Below are positions 17,854 through 26,990 of a stretch of 64,000 bases of DNA, piece after piece; the first letter of the stretch is position 1; each line of letters begins with the position of its first letter. Position numbers and translations under genes: made by a program. The DNA comes from an uncultured Pelagibacteraceae bacterium (lineage in GTDB: Bacteria > Pseudomonadota > Alphaproteobacteria > Pelagibacterales > Pelagibacteraceae), in NCBI GenBank assembly GCA_902543575.1, contig CACBYV010000004.1, positions 47,558-111,557 of the forward strand. The letters run 5' to 3'. The notes under the pieces were generated by a model. The model did not search any database. It was given only the letters and a program-made list of their open reading frames with translations, and was not told where the DNA came from.

Positions 17854-18408
17854 ATGAAAAGATTAGTCCAATTTTTTATAATATTCTTTCTATTTTCAGT
17901 GCCTGCTAATGCTGCGTGTGATTTTATGATTAAAATTGGTGAGAAAGGCACAAAAGTATTTGAAAAGTTTGCAATTCCTCTGCCTGGTTTTAAAGGAATG
18001 TGGTACATGCCTGTTCAATCTCCAGAGGTTTGTCCTAATGATAATTTAAACGAAAATATTGCAGTAGAATATGTATTTTTAGGAGATAAACATGAACAAG
18101 CTAAATTAGCAGCTATAAGAATAATTGTTCTTAATGATGGAAATAATACTGAAAACAATAAATTAACATTGATGAATTATGCTAAAAAAGTTTATGGAGA
18201 TTTTGATACTGGTCAAAATCCTGAAATATTCAACAGCTATAATATTTGGGAAAACGGACAAAGTATTGTCATCTATAAAAGAATGTTAGATGCAAATGAT
18301 TTAATTGAAGAAGAAATTATGATTACAAATTTGGAATATGATAAAAAACTAGGTTTATTTTTTAACGAAATTGAAGCAGAAGCAGAAGGGTTTGATAAGA
18401 AGGAATAA
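17854..18408 (+). CDS. secreted protein of unknown function, translationally coupled to pilY1
   Basis: 184 aa. Signal peptide MKRLVQFFIIFFLFSVPANA|AC. TAATG overlap with the pilY1 start at 18408. No family recognised. Confidence 0.5.
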   Translation: MKRLVQFFIIFFLFSVPANAACDFMIKIGEKGTKVFEKFAIPLPGFKGMWYMPVQSPEVCPNDNLNENIAVEYVFLGDKHEQAKLAAIRIIVLNDGNNTENNKLTLMNYAKKVYGDFDTGQNPEIFNSYNIWENGQSIVIYKRMLDANDLIEEEIMITNLEYDKKLGLFFNEIEAEAEGFDKKE

Positions 18409-21400
18409 TGAATAAGATAAAAATTTTACTATTTAAAATTTTATTTTCTTTAATACTTTTAAGTAACTCAAGTTATGCAAAAAATATACCACCGGGTTCA
18501 GGGATTGGGGATGTTCCAGCAAATATATTAATCTTACTCGATAAATCTGGAAGTATGAGTGTCCGTATGACCAGTGGATCCGGATTTATGTATCCTTACG
18601 CTTCAGCAGCTGATAGCAGTGGAGATCTTTATATTGGACAATACTGGCGCTATGGGATTAAAAAATTCAATTACTCTACTGCAACTGTAGATACAACTTT
18701 TGCATCTAATGGAACATATGTGGGCTCTGGTAGTTGTAGAAGTTATTATCCTTTAAATATGAAAATTCATAATGGATATTTGTATGTAGCCTCTTATTAT
18801 GATCACAGAGTTTTCAGAGTAAATATATCTACTGGAGCATGTGACTGGAATCACTATATCAGATATCCAAGAAATATAGCCATTGATACTGGTAACAGCA
18901 TTCTTTATGCAAATGGGATATATGGAAATGCGGTCGTTCGAAATTTATCTACAAATACAAATATAAATTGTTCTTGGTCTGGTAATTTAAATGGTCAAAC
19001 CAGATATGGTTCAACAGCAGTAGATGCATCTGGAAATAACTTTTACAGCATTAGTTACTCTAGAATGTACAGATTTACAATAAATCAGTCTACAAGATGC
19101 CCAAATACAAATTATTCAGCACAATGGTACTGGGGTGGAAGTTATTCTTTTGGAATGGATAATCATCCCTCTGATGATAACATTTTTTATTTAAACAATT
19201 ATTACTCTCACAGAGTTGAGAAAATAACTTTAAATTCTTCTAAAAATAGAATTCAATCTAGAAAGACAGCAGGAAGATGCTGTACTGGTAAGTCATCATC
19301 AACAAATATTAGAATGTATTACCCATGGGGTGTATCAGTAGATAAAACAAATAATAGAGTGATAAGTACTACATATTATAAAATGTCAGTACATGCGTTT
19401 GATCTCGATCTAGGTTTTTTAAAAGAATTTGGTGGATCCTCTGGAACTAGAATGGATGGGGCAAAAGAAGCTATAAAAGCAATAGTAACTGACTCATCTT
19501 TAACTGCAGGAGTTAACTTTGGTTATGCTTATTGGTCATCAGGTGGAGCTGGTTTTAGATCTTGGAGTGGAAATATTACAACAGGAAGAGCTAATCCCTG
19601 TAATTCTCGAGCATGCTTAAAAGTAAGAGTTCATAAACAAGGTGCATCAAGGATAAACCAAATAATTGGAAGTTTAAACCCTGGTGGCGGAACAAATGCA
19701 GATGACTGGGCTAGAATTGCTGAAGATTATTATCTGAGCAGTAGTTATTCTCCAATTGATAAAAATTTATCCTGTCAAAATAGCTATATATTGGTTATTG
19801 GTGATGGTGATTGGTACAATCATAGCAGAGCTCAAAGTAGAGTTGTCAAACTTTTAAACAAACACAAAATTAAAACTTTTACCGTTGCATTTGGTGGAGG
19901 GTTATCAAGCAATGGTATTAGAAATTTCAGAAGAATGGCCCAAGCGGGTGGAACTAATGATGTTATAATTGCAAACACAACAGCATCGCTTAAATCACAA
20001 TTAAAAGCAGCGATATCACAGGTTATTGCATCTAAACTATCTTTTACTGCTCCTGCAATTACAGCTACTATAGAAAAAGGTGGATCATTATACCAAGCAC
20101 AGTTTGATTATATCCAAAATAAAGAATGGCAAGGTAAATTAACAAGAACAAAATTAAATCCAGATGGAAGTTTAGATCTTAATGATAAAGGAAATTGGGA
20201 CGCTTCAGACAAACTTGAAAAAAGAACAAGTGCTAGAAAAATTTGGAGCCAAGTGCCTGGGGTAGATTATAGAACAAATTATAATAACTTTGTTGATACT
20301 AATTGGAGTTCAATAAACACGCTATTTGAGACAACAGGGAATGAAGTTGCTGGATATCATAATAAAACTGATAGTCCATCAAATACACAAAGATGTAAAA
20401 ATGTTTCTTCGGTCAAAGATGCTGTCAGTGGTGTTAATGAAGATGATATTAAAGGACTAATCAATTTTATTAGAGGTAAAGACTATTTTGATTACGATGG
20501 TGATTGTAATTTAACTGAGAAAAGATCTAAGGCATTGGGAGATATATATCATTCTGAGTTGGTGGTTATTGGAAATCCAGAAGCTGAAACTGCATTTGTT
20601 GGTTCCAATCAAGAATCTTATTGGAGATCTATTAAAGGATATGATGCATGGGCAGCTTCTGTAAAAAGAGATGAAATCATTTATGTTGGTGCCAATGATG
20701 GAATGCTTCATGCATTCAATGCATCAAATGGAGAAGAAGAATGGGCATTCGTTCCTCCATTGTTAGCTGCATCTTTCCCAAGCATGGTTAATGTTAATTT
20801 AAATAGATCTGTTGGTGGTTCAAATGCAATTTATGGTGTAGATGGATCGCTGGTTGCACACGATATGTATTTCAAAAGTGCATTTGACAGCTCTAAACAG
20901 TGGCATACTATTTTAATGGTGCCGTATGGAAGAGGTGGTGGAGGTTTTTCTGTTTTAGATGTAACTAATCCTAAGAAACCGTTACATTTATACTCAGTTT
21001 TGAACGATAAAACTAGACGTGAAGTTCATATAATGGATCATAATGGAACGATAAATACATATAATTACATCCCAACATCATGGCCATTAAGCCAAATGGC
21101 AGAGTCCATTGCAGTCGGTGCAAGTCAATCAACTGACTTTACTTGTAAGACAGATCAAAGCACTAAATGTCAAACACACAATGTTTGGACAATACCTAAT
21201 GTAACTTTATCAAAATCAGATTTAAGAATTACAATAGATGATAAAAATTATACAAGCTTTAGTGTTACTACTAATCTTCAAGGCACAGAGATCAGATTAA
21301 ATAGAAATTTAACGTATTATGGTGGCGATCCAGGGGATGCATCAAAATCAAGCACAAATATGGGTGTATATTTAAGACCAGGTTCTGTTAATACTGGAGT

Positions 21401-22499
21401 AACGACACAACCAGAATATGATTATAGTCAACTTGGTGAAACATGGTCAGCACCTAGAATTTTAAGACTACCTAACAGTGGTGCAGGAGATACAAATATT
21501 GAGGATGATATTTATGTAGCTGTAATGGGTGGAGGATTTGGAACTCAATACGAAGGAGTTGGCTCTAATTTAACTATAGTTAATCTTGAAGACACAAGTT
21601 TCCCAGGAAGAATTCATAAATCTATCCCAATTGACGATTTAACAAGTAACGATATTGTTAATTCTACTCCTGGTACACCAGTCGTTATTACACCTGATAC
21701 AGCAAGAGGAGTGAATTATAGAGGAGCCTTAGTTTACATAAATGATTTAGAAGGAAAAATTACGAAGTTTAATTTAACTAATATGTCTGATGACGGTGCT
21801 GGGAGTGCTATTTCGTTGTATGATAGCACAACATTATTTACTGCAGGCTCTAATCAAACAAATGGAAGATATATGTATCATTCAATGGATGCAACAATTG
21901 GTCAAACAACAAATTCGTTGTGGTTATATACTGGTACTGGAGACTATGAAAGAATTGGATCCACTAATAAAGGAACAGATAATTTAATGCTAGGAATTAG
22001 TGATCCACATTACCCAGCTTACAGAGATGTAGCTGTTGCAACTAAAGCATCAGATTTAACAAATTGTAAAAATACAACTAAAGATACTACGGGAGCTAAA
22101 TGTCCTCAAACCCCTAAAGATGTTGGATGGTATATAACCTTAGATGATTTCCAAAAAGTTACAGCGGAGCCAACGGTATCTAGTGGTTTAGTATATTTTC
22201 CAATATATAAACCTAGCTCATCAGTTAATAAATGTAGCTTAGGTGATGCATTTATTTGTGGAGTAGATGATGAATGTGGAACAAATGTATCAAATAAACT
22301 TGGATCATTTAGGAATAAAAAAGATACTTGCATGTATGTAGGTCAGGGTGTTTTATCTAGAATAGTAGTTTATGCTAACAAGTTATTTGCAAATATTGCA
22401 GGTCAATCAACAAATGCACAGAAGAAAGATTTAGTTGTGCTTGATGCAGCAGCTGGAGGCACTTCTAGCTACAGAAGTTCTTGGAGACAGAACTATTAA
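18408..22499 (+). CDS. pilY1: PilY1-like pilus tip adhesin with N-terminal vWA domain interrupted by NHL-like repeats
   Basis: 1363 aa. Signal peptide, MIDAS DKSGSMS, later vWA elements GGTNADDW and LVIGDGDW. PilY1 C-domain signatures ALGDIYHSELVVIG and IYVGANDGMLHAFNASNGEEEWAFVP. Confidence 0.85.
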   Translation: MNKIKILLFKILFSLILLSNSSYAKNIPPGSGIGDVPANILILLDKSGSMSVRMTSGSGFMYPYASAADSSGDLYIGQYWRYGIKKFNYSTATVDTTFASNGTYVGSGSCRSYYPLNMKIHNGYLYVASYYDHRVFRVNISTGACDWNHYIRYPRNIAIDTGNSILYANGIYGNAVVRNLSTNTNINCSWSGNLNGQTRYGSTAVDASGNNFYSISYSRMYRFTINQSTRCPNTNYSAQWYWGGSYSFGMDNHPSDDNIFYLNNYYSHRVEKITLNSSKNRIQSRKTAGRCCTGKSSSTNIRMYYPWGVSVDKTNNRVISTTYYKMSVHAFDLDLGFLKEFGGSSGTRMDGAKEAIKAIVTDSSLTAGVNFGYAYWSSGGAGFRSWSGNITTGRANPCNSRACLKVRVHKQGASRINQIIGSLNPGGGTNADDWARIAEDYYLSSSYSPIDKNLSCQNSYILVIGDGDWYNHSRAQSRVVKLLNKHKIKTFTVAFGGGLSSNGIRNFRRMAQAGGTNDVIIANTTASLKSQLKAAISQVIASKLSFTAPAITATIEKGGSLYQAQFDYIQNKEWQGKLTRTKLNPDGSLDLNDKGNWDASDKLEKRTSARKIWSQVPGVDYRTNYNNFVDTNWSSINTLFETTGNEVAGYHNKTDSPSNTQRCKNVSSVKDAVSGVNEDDIKGLINFIRGKDYFDYDGDCNLTEKRSKALGDIYHSELVVIGNPEAETAFVGSNQESYWRSIKGYDAWAASVKRDEIIYVGANDGMLHAFNASNGEEEWAFVPPLLAASFPSMVNVNLNRSVGGSNAIYGVDGSLVAHDMYFKSAFDSSKQWHTILMVPYGRGGGGFSVLDVTNPKKPLHLYSVLNDKTRREVHIMDHNGTINTYNYIPTSWPLSQMAESIAVGASQSTDFTCKTDQSTKCQTHNVWTIPNVTLSKSDLRITIDDKNYTSFSVTTNLQGTEIRLNRNLTYYGGDPGDASKSSTNMGVYLRPGSVNTGVTTQPEYDYSQLGETWSAPRILRLPNSGAGDTNIEDDIYVAVMGGGFGTQYEGVGSNLTIVNLEDTSFPGRIHKSIPIDDLTSNDIVNSTPGTPVVITPDTARGVNYRGALVYINDLEGKITKFNLTNMSDDGAGSAISLYDSTTLFTAGSNQTNGRYMYHSMDATIGQTTNSLWLYTGTGDYERIGSTNKGTDNLMLGISDPHYPAYRDVAVATKASDLTNCKNTTKDTTGAKCPQTPKDVGWYITLDDFQKVTAEPTVSSGLVYFPIYKPSSSVNKCSLGDAFICGVDDECGTNVSNKLGSFRNKKDTCMYVGQGVLSRIVVYANKLFANIAGQSTNAQKKDLVVLDAAAGGTSSYRSSWRQNY

Positions 22500-22511
22500 T
22501 CATTAAAAATA

Positions 22512-25109
22512 ATGAAAAAGATTTTACTAAGTATAGTCTTCTTTTTTTTATTTAGTTCAGTTGGTTATGCTGGCCCATGTTTAACAACCATTGCTAGTGC
22601 ATCGACAAATCAATTAGCTTGCGCGGATGATGATATTTTAAAAGTTACTTCTGCTGGGTCAATTACTTACAGTGATAATAAGGCAGTTGATCTAGAAGAT
22701 ATCAGTGGAGTTCAAATTACTAATGATGGAACAATTCAAACAGAGAGCGGAACTAATAAACAAATCGCCATAAATGCTGAGTCATCTTTGAATACTACAA
22801 TTACAAATAACGGAACAATCAACTCAGATAATAAGTATGGTGTAATATTAAGTTATGCAGAAAATGTTGTAATTACTAATAATGCAGGGGCAACAATAAG
22901 TGCTGACGGTAATACTGCAATTTATGGAAAAAACGTTGGTAATTGTCATTTTAATGGTACTAATTGCCATTCAGATTTATCTGGTCAGTCAAATGGTGTT
23001 GGTCTTACACTACATAATCATGGAACCATTACCTCTCAACATGAAACCGTTTGGTTAGGTTCAGGAAGTTCAGGTGCTCACAGGAGCAAAGGTATTAAAA
23101 TCTATAACTATGATGGTGGAATTATTAAAACAACAGATGAAGGAGATAGTCCGATTAAAGGTTTTCATTTAGTTGATTTTGAATTTATTAATTATCAGGG
23201 AGGTACAATTGAAGGTGACGACAGACATGCAGTAAATACTGAACAATCTGAAGATATCAATTTTACTAATAATGGTACAATAACTGCAACAGATAAAAGT
23301 GCATTTTATTGTAAAACATGCTCGGATGTTACTTTTAATAATACCGGAACAATGACATCTGGAAATAACGCTGTAGTAATTTCAAACGGGGATAATATAA
23401 GTATAACAAATTCTGGAACAATAACTGCCACTGCTGATAATTCAGGTTTAAATATAAGTGCATCCGACGGTACCGTCGTTACTAATACAGGGACTATTTC
23501 TGGGGTTGATCATGGAATGCAATCTTCAAATGTAGATAATTCTACAATAACAAATCATGGAACTATTTCTGCAAGCTCCAATTCAGGATATGGACTAGTG
23601 TATGAAAATGATGGAACCAACAGAGTAAATAATACTTTAAACAATTATGGTACAATTAGCGCAACATCAGGTTCTCTTGCAGATGGAATTGGTATTGGAA
23701 AAGGTGCAAGTCCAATGTTTAATATTACGATAAATAATTATGGTACAATTTCAGGATCTGATGATTCTATAAAAATGCTTAATTCTTCAAACACGGGTAT
23801 AAATATAGTTACCAAAGGTGACGGTACATATGTTGGTGAGATTAACCTAAATGATTCATCGACAACAATGACATTAGATTGCAGTATTTCAAAAGATCAA
23901 AAAATAGAAATCCATAACAAAACAAATATGGTTATCACAAATAATCTTTGTGGAAACGATACCTATGAAATATTAGATAGCAATAGCGATCCAGATTCAG
24001 ATAATTCAGAAACAAATGGTTTCTTATATGTTTATGGTGAAGATTTAGATATTGATAGCCATAATAAAAAATATAGATCTGAAATATTTTTATCTAATTT
24101 AAATGATATTTTTAATTCGGTTTCAGAAGAAAAAAAATCTAGTGGATATTATTCTGTAAAAAAAAGAGACAATATTTATGAAAATGAAACAACAGGGATA
24201 ACTGGGGACTTTAAAATTGAAAATGATAATTTTACACCGTTTTTAAGTTATTCTAGCCAGCAAGCAAAATTTAATAATGGAGAGGCTTTAGATAGTGAAA
24301 ATTTAGCTATTGGTTTAAAAAAAGATATTGATTACGAGAAATTTAAATTTTCTGTTGTTTCAATTTTTGGATTAACTCAAAATAAATATTTAGATCTTGA
24401 AACTGAAACACAACAAACAATTTTAAAAGAAAATCTAGGTCAGTTTGCTGCTGTAAATTATAAAGCATCTAAAGAAATAGAATTTGATGATAGTCAAAGT
24501 TTAAATATTGAAGTAGATGGTAAATATGGTTTAAGAAGACTTCCAACTTACTTAACATCTTTTACAGATGGAGATCTTTCAGTTGATGATGCTGTTGATC
24601 AAGTATTATCAGGTGGATTTAATGTTGAGTATTCAAAATCTTTTGAAAATGGCTTCGTTCTTAAGCCATATACTGGCCTATCTTTAAATCAAACTTTGAG
24701 TGAAAAAATTGACATTGTTGCAGACGGTGAAAGAAAAGATATGGCCCATTATATGGATGATGATTTAGCAGTAAAAGCTGGTTTAAATATTAGCAAAAAT
24801 ACTGATAATTTCGGCCTAAACTTTAATCTAGAATTTAATGAACAGAATGGACTTAAAGACAGCCAAGTAAGTATTTCATTAACTAAAGTAATTCAAAATA
24901 ATATTAGCAAAAAAATAGAGGGTCTACCTATTGATCCAGAACTAGAAAAATTATTTGATCAATTACAATTAGCTAAAGAAAATGAGAGATTGGCTGACAT
25001 AAGTGGTAGAGCAGTTGAAGAGAATATAATAATGAAAGAAATGATTATTCAGTTGATAAAAGAAAATAATAAACTAAAGACTGAAAGAAATCTTCTATTA
25101 AAAAACTAA
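22512..25109 (+). CDS. autotransporter-like surface protein: beta-helix passenger with about 13 N-x-G-T-I repeats, putative beta-barrel, C-terminal coiled coil
   Basis: 865 aa. Signal peptide ...SSVGYA|GP. ITNxGTIxA-type motifs recur every 23-31 aa between about aa 68-440. Aa ~560-793 show alternating hydrophobic beta-strand patterns. The last 71 aa are heptad-like. Confidence 0.55.
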   Translation: MKKILLSIVFFFLFSSVGYAGPCLTTIASASTNQLACADDDILKVTSAGSITYSDNKAVDLEDISGVQITNDGTIQTESGTNKQIAINAESSLNTTITNNGTINSDNKYGVILSYAENVVITNNAGATISADGNTAIYGKNVGNCHFNGTNCHSDLSGQSNGVGLTLHNHGTITSQHETVWLGSGSSGAHRSKGIKIYNYDGGIIKTTDEGDSPIKGFHLVDFEFINYQGGTIEGDDRHAVNTEQSEDINFTNNGTITATDKSAFYCKTCSDVTFNNTGTMTSGNNAVVISNGDNISITNSGTITATADNSGLNISASDGTVVTNTGTISGVDHGMQSSNVDNSTITNHGTISASSNSGYGLVYENDGTNRVNNTLNNYGTISATSGSLADGIGIGKGASPMFNITINNYGTISGSDDSIKMLNSSNTGINIVTKGDGTYVGEINLNDSSTTMTLDCSISKDQKIEIHNKTNMVITNNLCGNDTYEILDSNSDPDSDNSETNGFLYVYGEDLDIDSHNKKYRSEIFLSNLNDIFNSVSEEKKSSGYYSVKKRDNIYENETTGITGDFKIENDNFTPFLSYSSQQAKFNNGEALDSENLAIGLKKDIDYEKFKFSVVSIFGLTQNKYLDLETETQQTILKENLGQFAAVNYKASKEIEFDDSQSLNIEVDGKYGLRRLPTYLTSFTDGDLSVDDAVDQVLSGGFNVEYSKSFENGFVLKPYTGLSLNQTLSEKIDIVADGERKDMAHYMDDDLAVKAGLNISKNTDNFGLNFNLEFNEQNGLKDSQVSISLTKVIQNNISKKIEGLPIDPELEKLFDQLQLAKENERLADISGRAVEENIIMKEMIIQLIKENNKLKTERNLLLKN

Positions 25110-26990
25110 TTTAAATATTTTTATAAAACCCAACTTATTGTCAGAATATACTTCTTCCTCAAAAACTTTAAAAAATATTTTATATTTATGTTTATCGTAA
25201 CTTGAAAGTTTATAGTAAATTTGTTGCAAAGTGTCAGATTTTAAAATATTTAATTTTTTTCTTTTTCCTAATAAAATAATAAATAATCTCAATTTGAGTA
25301 AATTAATTGAATTTATATTCAATATTGATCTTATGATTATATATATTAGTAGTGGAGCAAAAATCCAAACAAATATTTTTGAAAATTGTAAATTTAAGAT
25401 TTTTTCGACGAAATCTTTTCTTTTTTTATCATCATAAGATAGTAAATGCTGTGTCCATACAAAATCTGCATAATTGAAATAAAAACTTAAAGTTTTCATA
25501 AATCTTGATGAGAACAAACCTTTTGAAGAAAAGTCATCTGTGCTAAAAACATTATTTAAACTATTAATAATATTTTCTTTCGGAATAGCTCTTGTAGGAT
25601 CTACTCTCACCCAGCCCTTATCATCTAACCAAACTTCTGCCCAAGCATGAGTATCTTTTTGTTTAAATAAATAAAAGTTACCAATTTCATTCAGTTCTCC
25701 ACCATGGTAACCAGTTACAATTCTACTCGGTATGCCGCCTAACCTTGAAAGTAAAACAAATGTTCCTGCATAATATTCACAATATCCTTCTCTATCTTTA
25801 AAAAAGAAATTTTCATAATTATTTATTGATGTTTGCTTTGGACTTAAATTATAAAAATAAGATCCATCAGAAAATTTTGCGTAAATTTTATTTATAAAGT
25901 CCTCTTTTGTAGAATTATTATTTTCTTTAACCCATAGTTTTAATTTATTTGAAACTGTTTTAGGTAATAAAGTATAATAACTTTTAATATCCTCATCTAA
26001 GTCAAAAGTAGTTTTAATGTTATGAAATTTAATTTGTTTTTTTCTATCTATTAGATCTCTGCTAATAAATGTTTGATTAAATAAATCTTTTGAGATTTTA
26101 ATATTTTCATTTGCTAATTGTGAATTCTTTAAACTAGGTATCCACTTTTTTTTGTAAGGTTCTAAAATTATTTGGTAAGAATTATTTAAATCTGTCTTGT
26201 CAGAGATTTTAAAATTATCTTTAAATTTACTGAATAAAAAATAGCTAGATGATGGTCTCCAAGATTGATTGTTCTCCATATAGTCAAATATTTTTACCCT
26301 AAAATATAGATCATCTTGTTTATAACCATTGTTTATTAAGGTAAATATCTCCTCATCAGAATTAGAGAATTGACTAAAAGAGCCTAAACTTATTGTATCT
26401 GGAATACCCAAAGAACTTACTGAATTATCAAATAGTCTAAAGTTAACCTCTGCTCTTGGAAATATTAGATAAAATATGATTATAAAAGGAAATATACTTA
26501 GCCCAAATCCTAAATATTTTAAAATATTTTTAAAACTAAATTCCAAGAGTTCTCTCTGTTGAATAAGGTACATGTTTATTACTAATAAGATAATTATAGA
26601 CAAAGAAACTAGTGAGCTAATAATGCCTTGGTCTTTAATCAAACTTGAAACAGCAATAATCATACAAATTAAATTAAATGATAAATTATTATTTTTATTG
26701 GATAATTCAGAAAATTTGATGATTAGTAAAACGGCTAAACAATTTAAAAAATATTCTTCTGACATCACATACTGATTTAAAACAAGTTGAATGTATAAAG
26801 CTGCAATCGCAAATATTCCTATGAATATAGATTTATATTTAAAAATAAGATTAGAAAAAAGATAACTGATAAAAAATAATGCCGCCCAAAATATTAAATT
26901 ATTAAAAATTAAGTTTTTTGATAAATTAAAAATACATAATGCTAATAGAACATATGTAATTAAATTTATATTTTTATTAATTTTTAGCAT
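25098..26990 (-). CDS. membrane transglutaminase-like protein (TgpA-like: N-terminal multi-TM region + TGase core)
   Basis: 630 aa. About 6 N-terminal TM helices. Cys-His-Asp core EGYCEYYAGTFVLLSRLGGIPSRIVTGY ... DTHAWAEVWL ... GWVRVDPT. C-terminal TM helix. Confidence 0.85.
   Translation of the reverse strand: MLKINKNINLITYVLLALCIFNLSKNLIFNNLIFWAALFFISYLFSNLIFKYKSIFIGIFAIAALYIQLVLNQYVMSEEYFLNCLAVLLIIKFSELSNKNNNLSFNLICMIIAVSSLIKDQGIISSLVSLSIIILLVINMYLIQQRELLEFSFKNILKYLGFGLSIFPFIIIFYLIFPRAEVNFRLFDNSVSSLGIPDTISLGSFSQFSNSDEEIFTLINNGYKQDDLYFRVKIFDYMENNQSWRPSSSYFLFSKFKDNFKISDKTDLNNSYQIILEPYKKKWIPSLKNSQLANENIKISKDLFNQTFISRDLIDRKKQIKFHNIKTTFDLDEDIKSYYTLLPKTVSNKLKLWVKENNNSTKEDFINKIYAKFSDGSYFYNLSPKQTSINNYENFFFKDREGYCEYYAGTFVLLSRLGGIPSRIVTGYHGGELNEIGNFYLFKQKDTHAWAEVWLDDKGWVRVDPTRAIPKENIINSLNNVFSTDDFSSKGLFSSRFMKTLSFYFNYADFVWTQHLLSYDDKKRKDFVEKILNLQFSKIFVWIFAPLLIYIIIRSILNINSINLLKLRLFIILLGKRKKLNILKSDTLQQIYYKLSSYDKHKYKIFFKVFEEEVYSDNKLGFIKIFKLVF

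Noticed and set aside
22512-25109. RTX toxin or S-layer interpretation of the repeat protein
   Set aside because: No GGxGxD nonapeptide repeats and no C-terminal T1SS-type signal are present. The repeat period of 23-31 aa with NxGTI fits a beta-helix passenger better.
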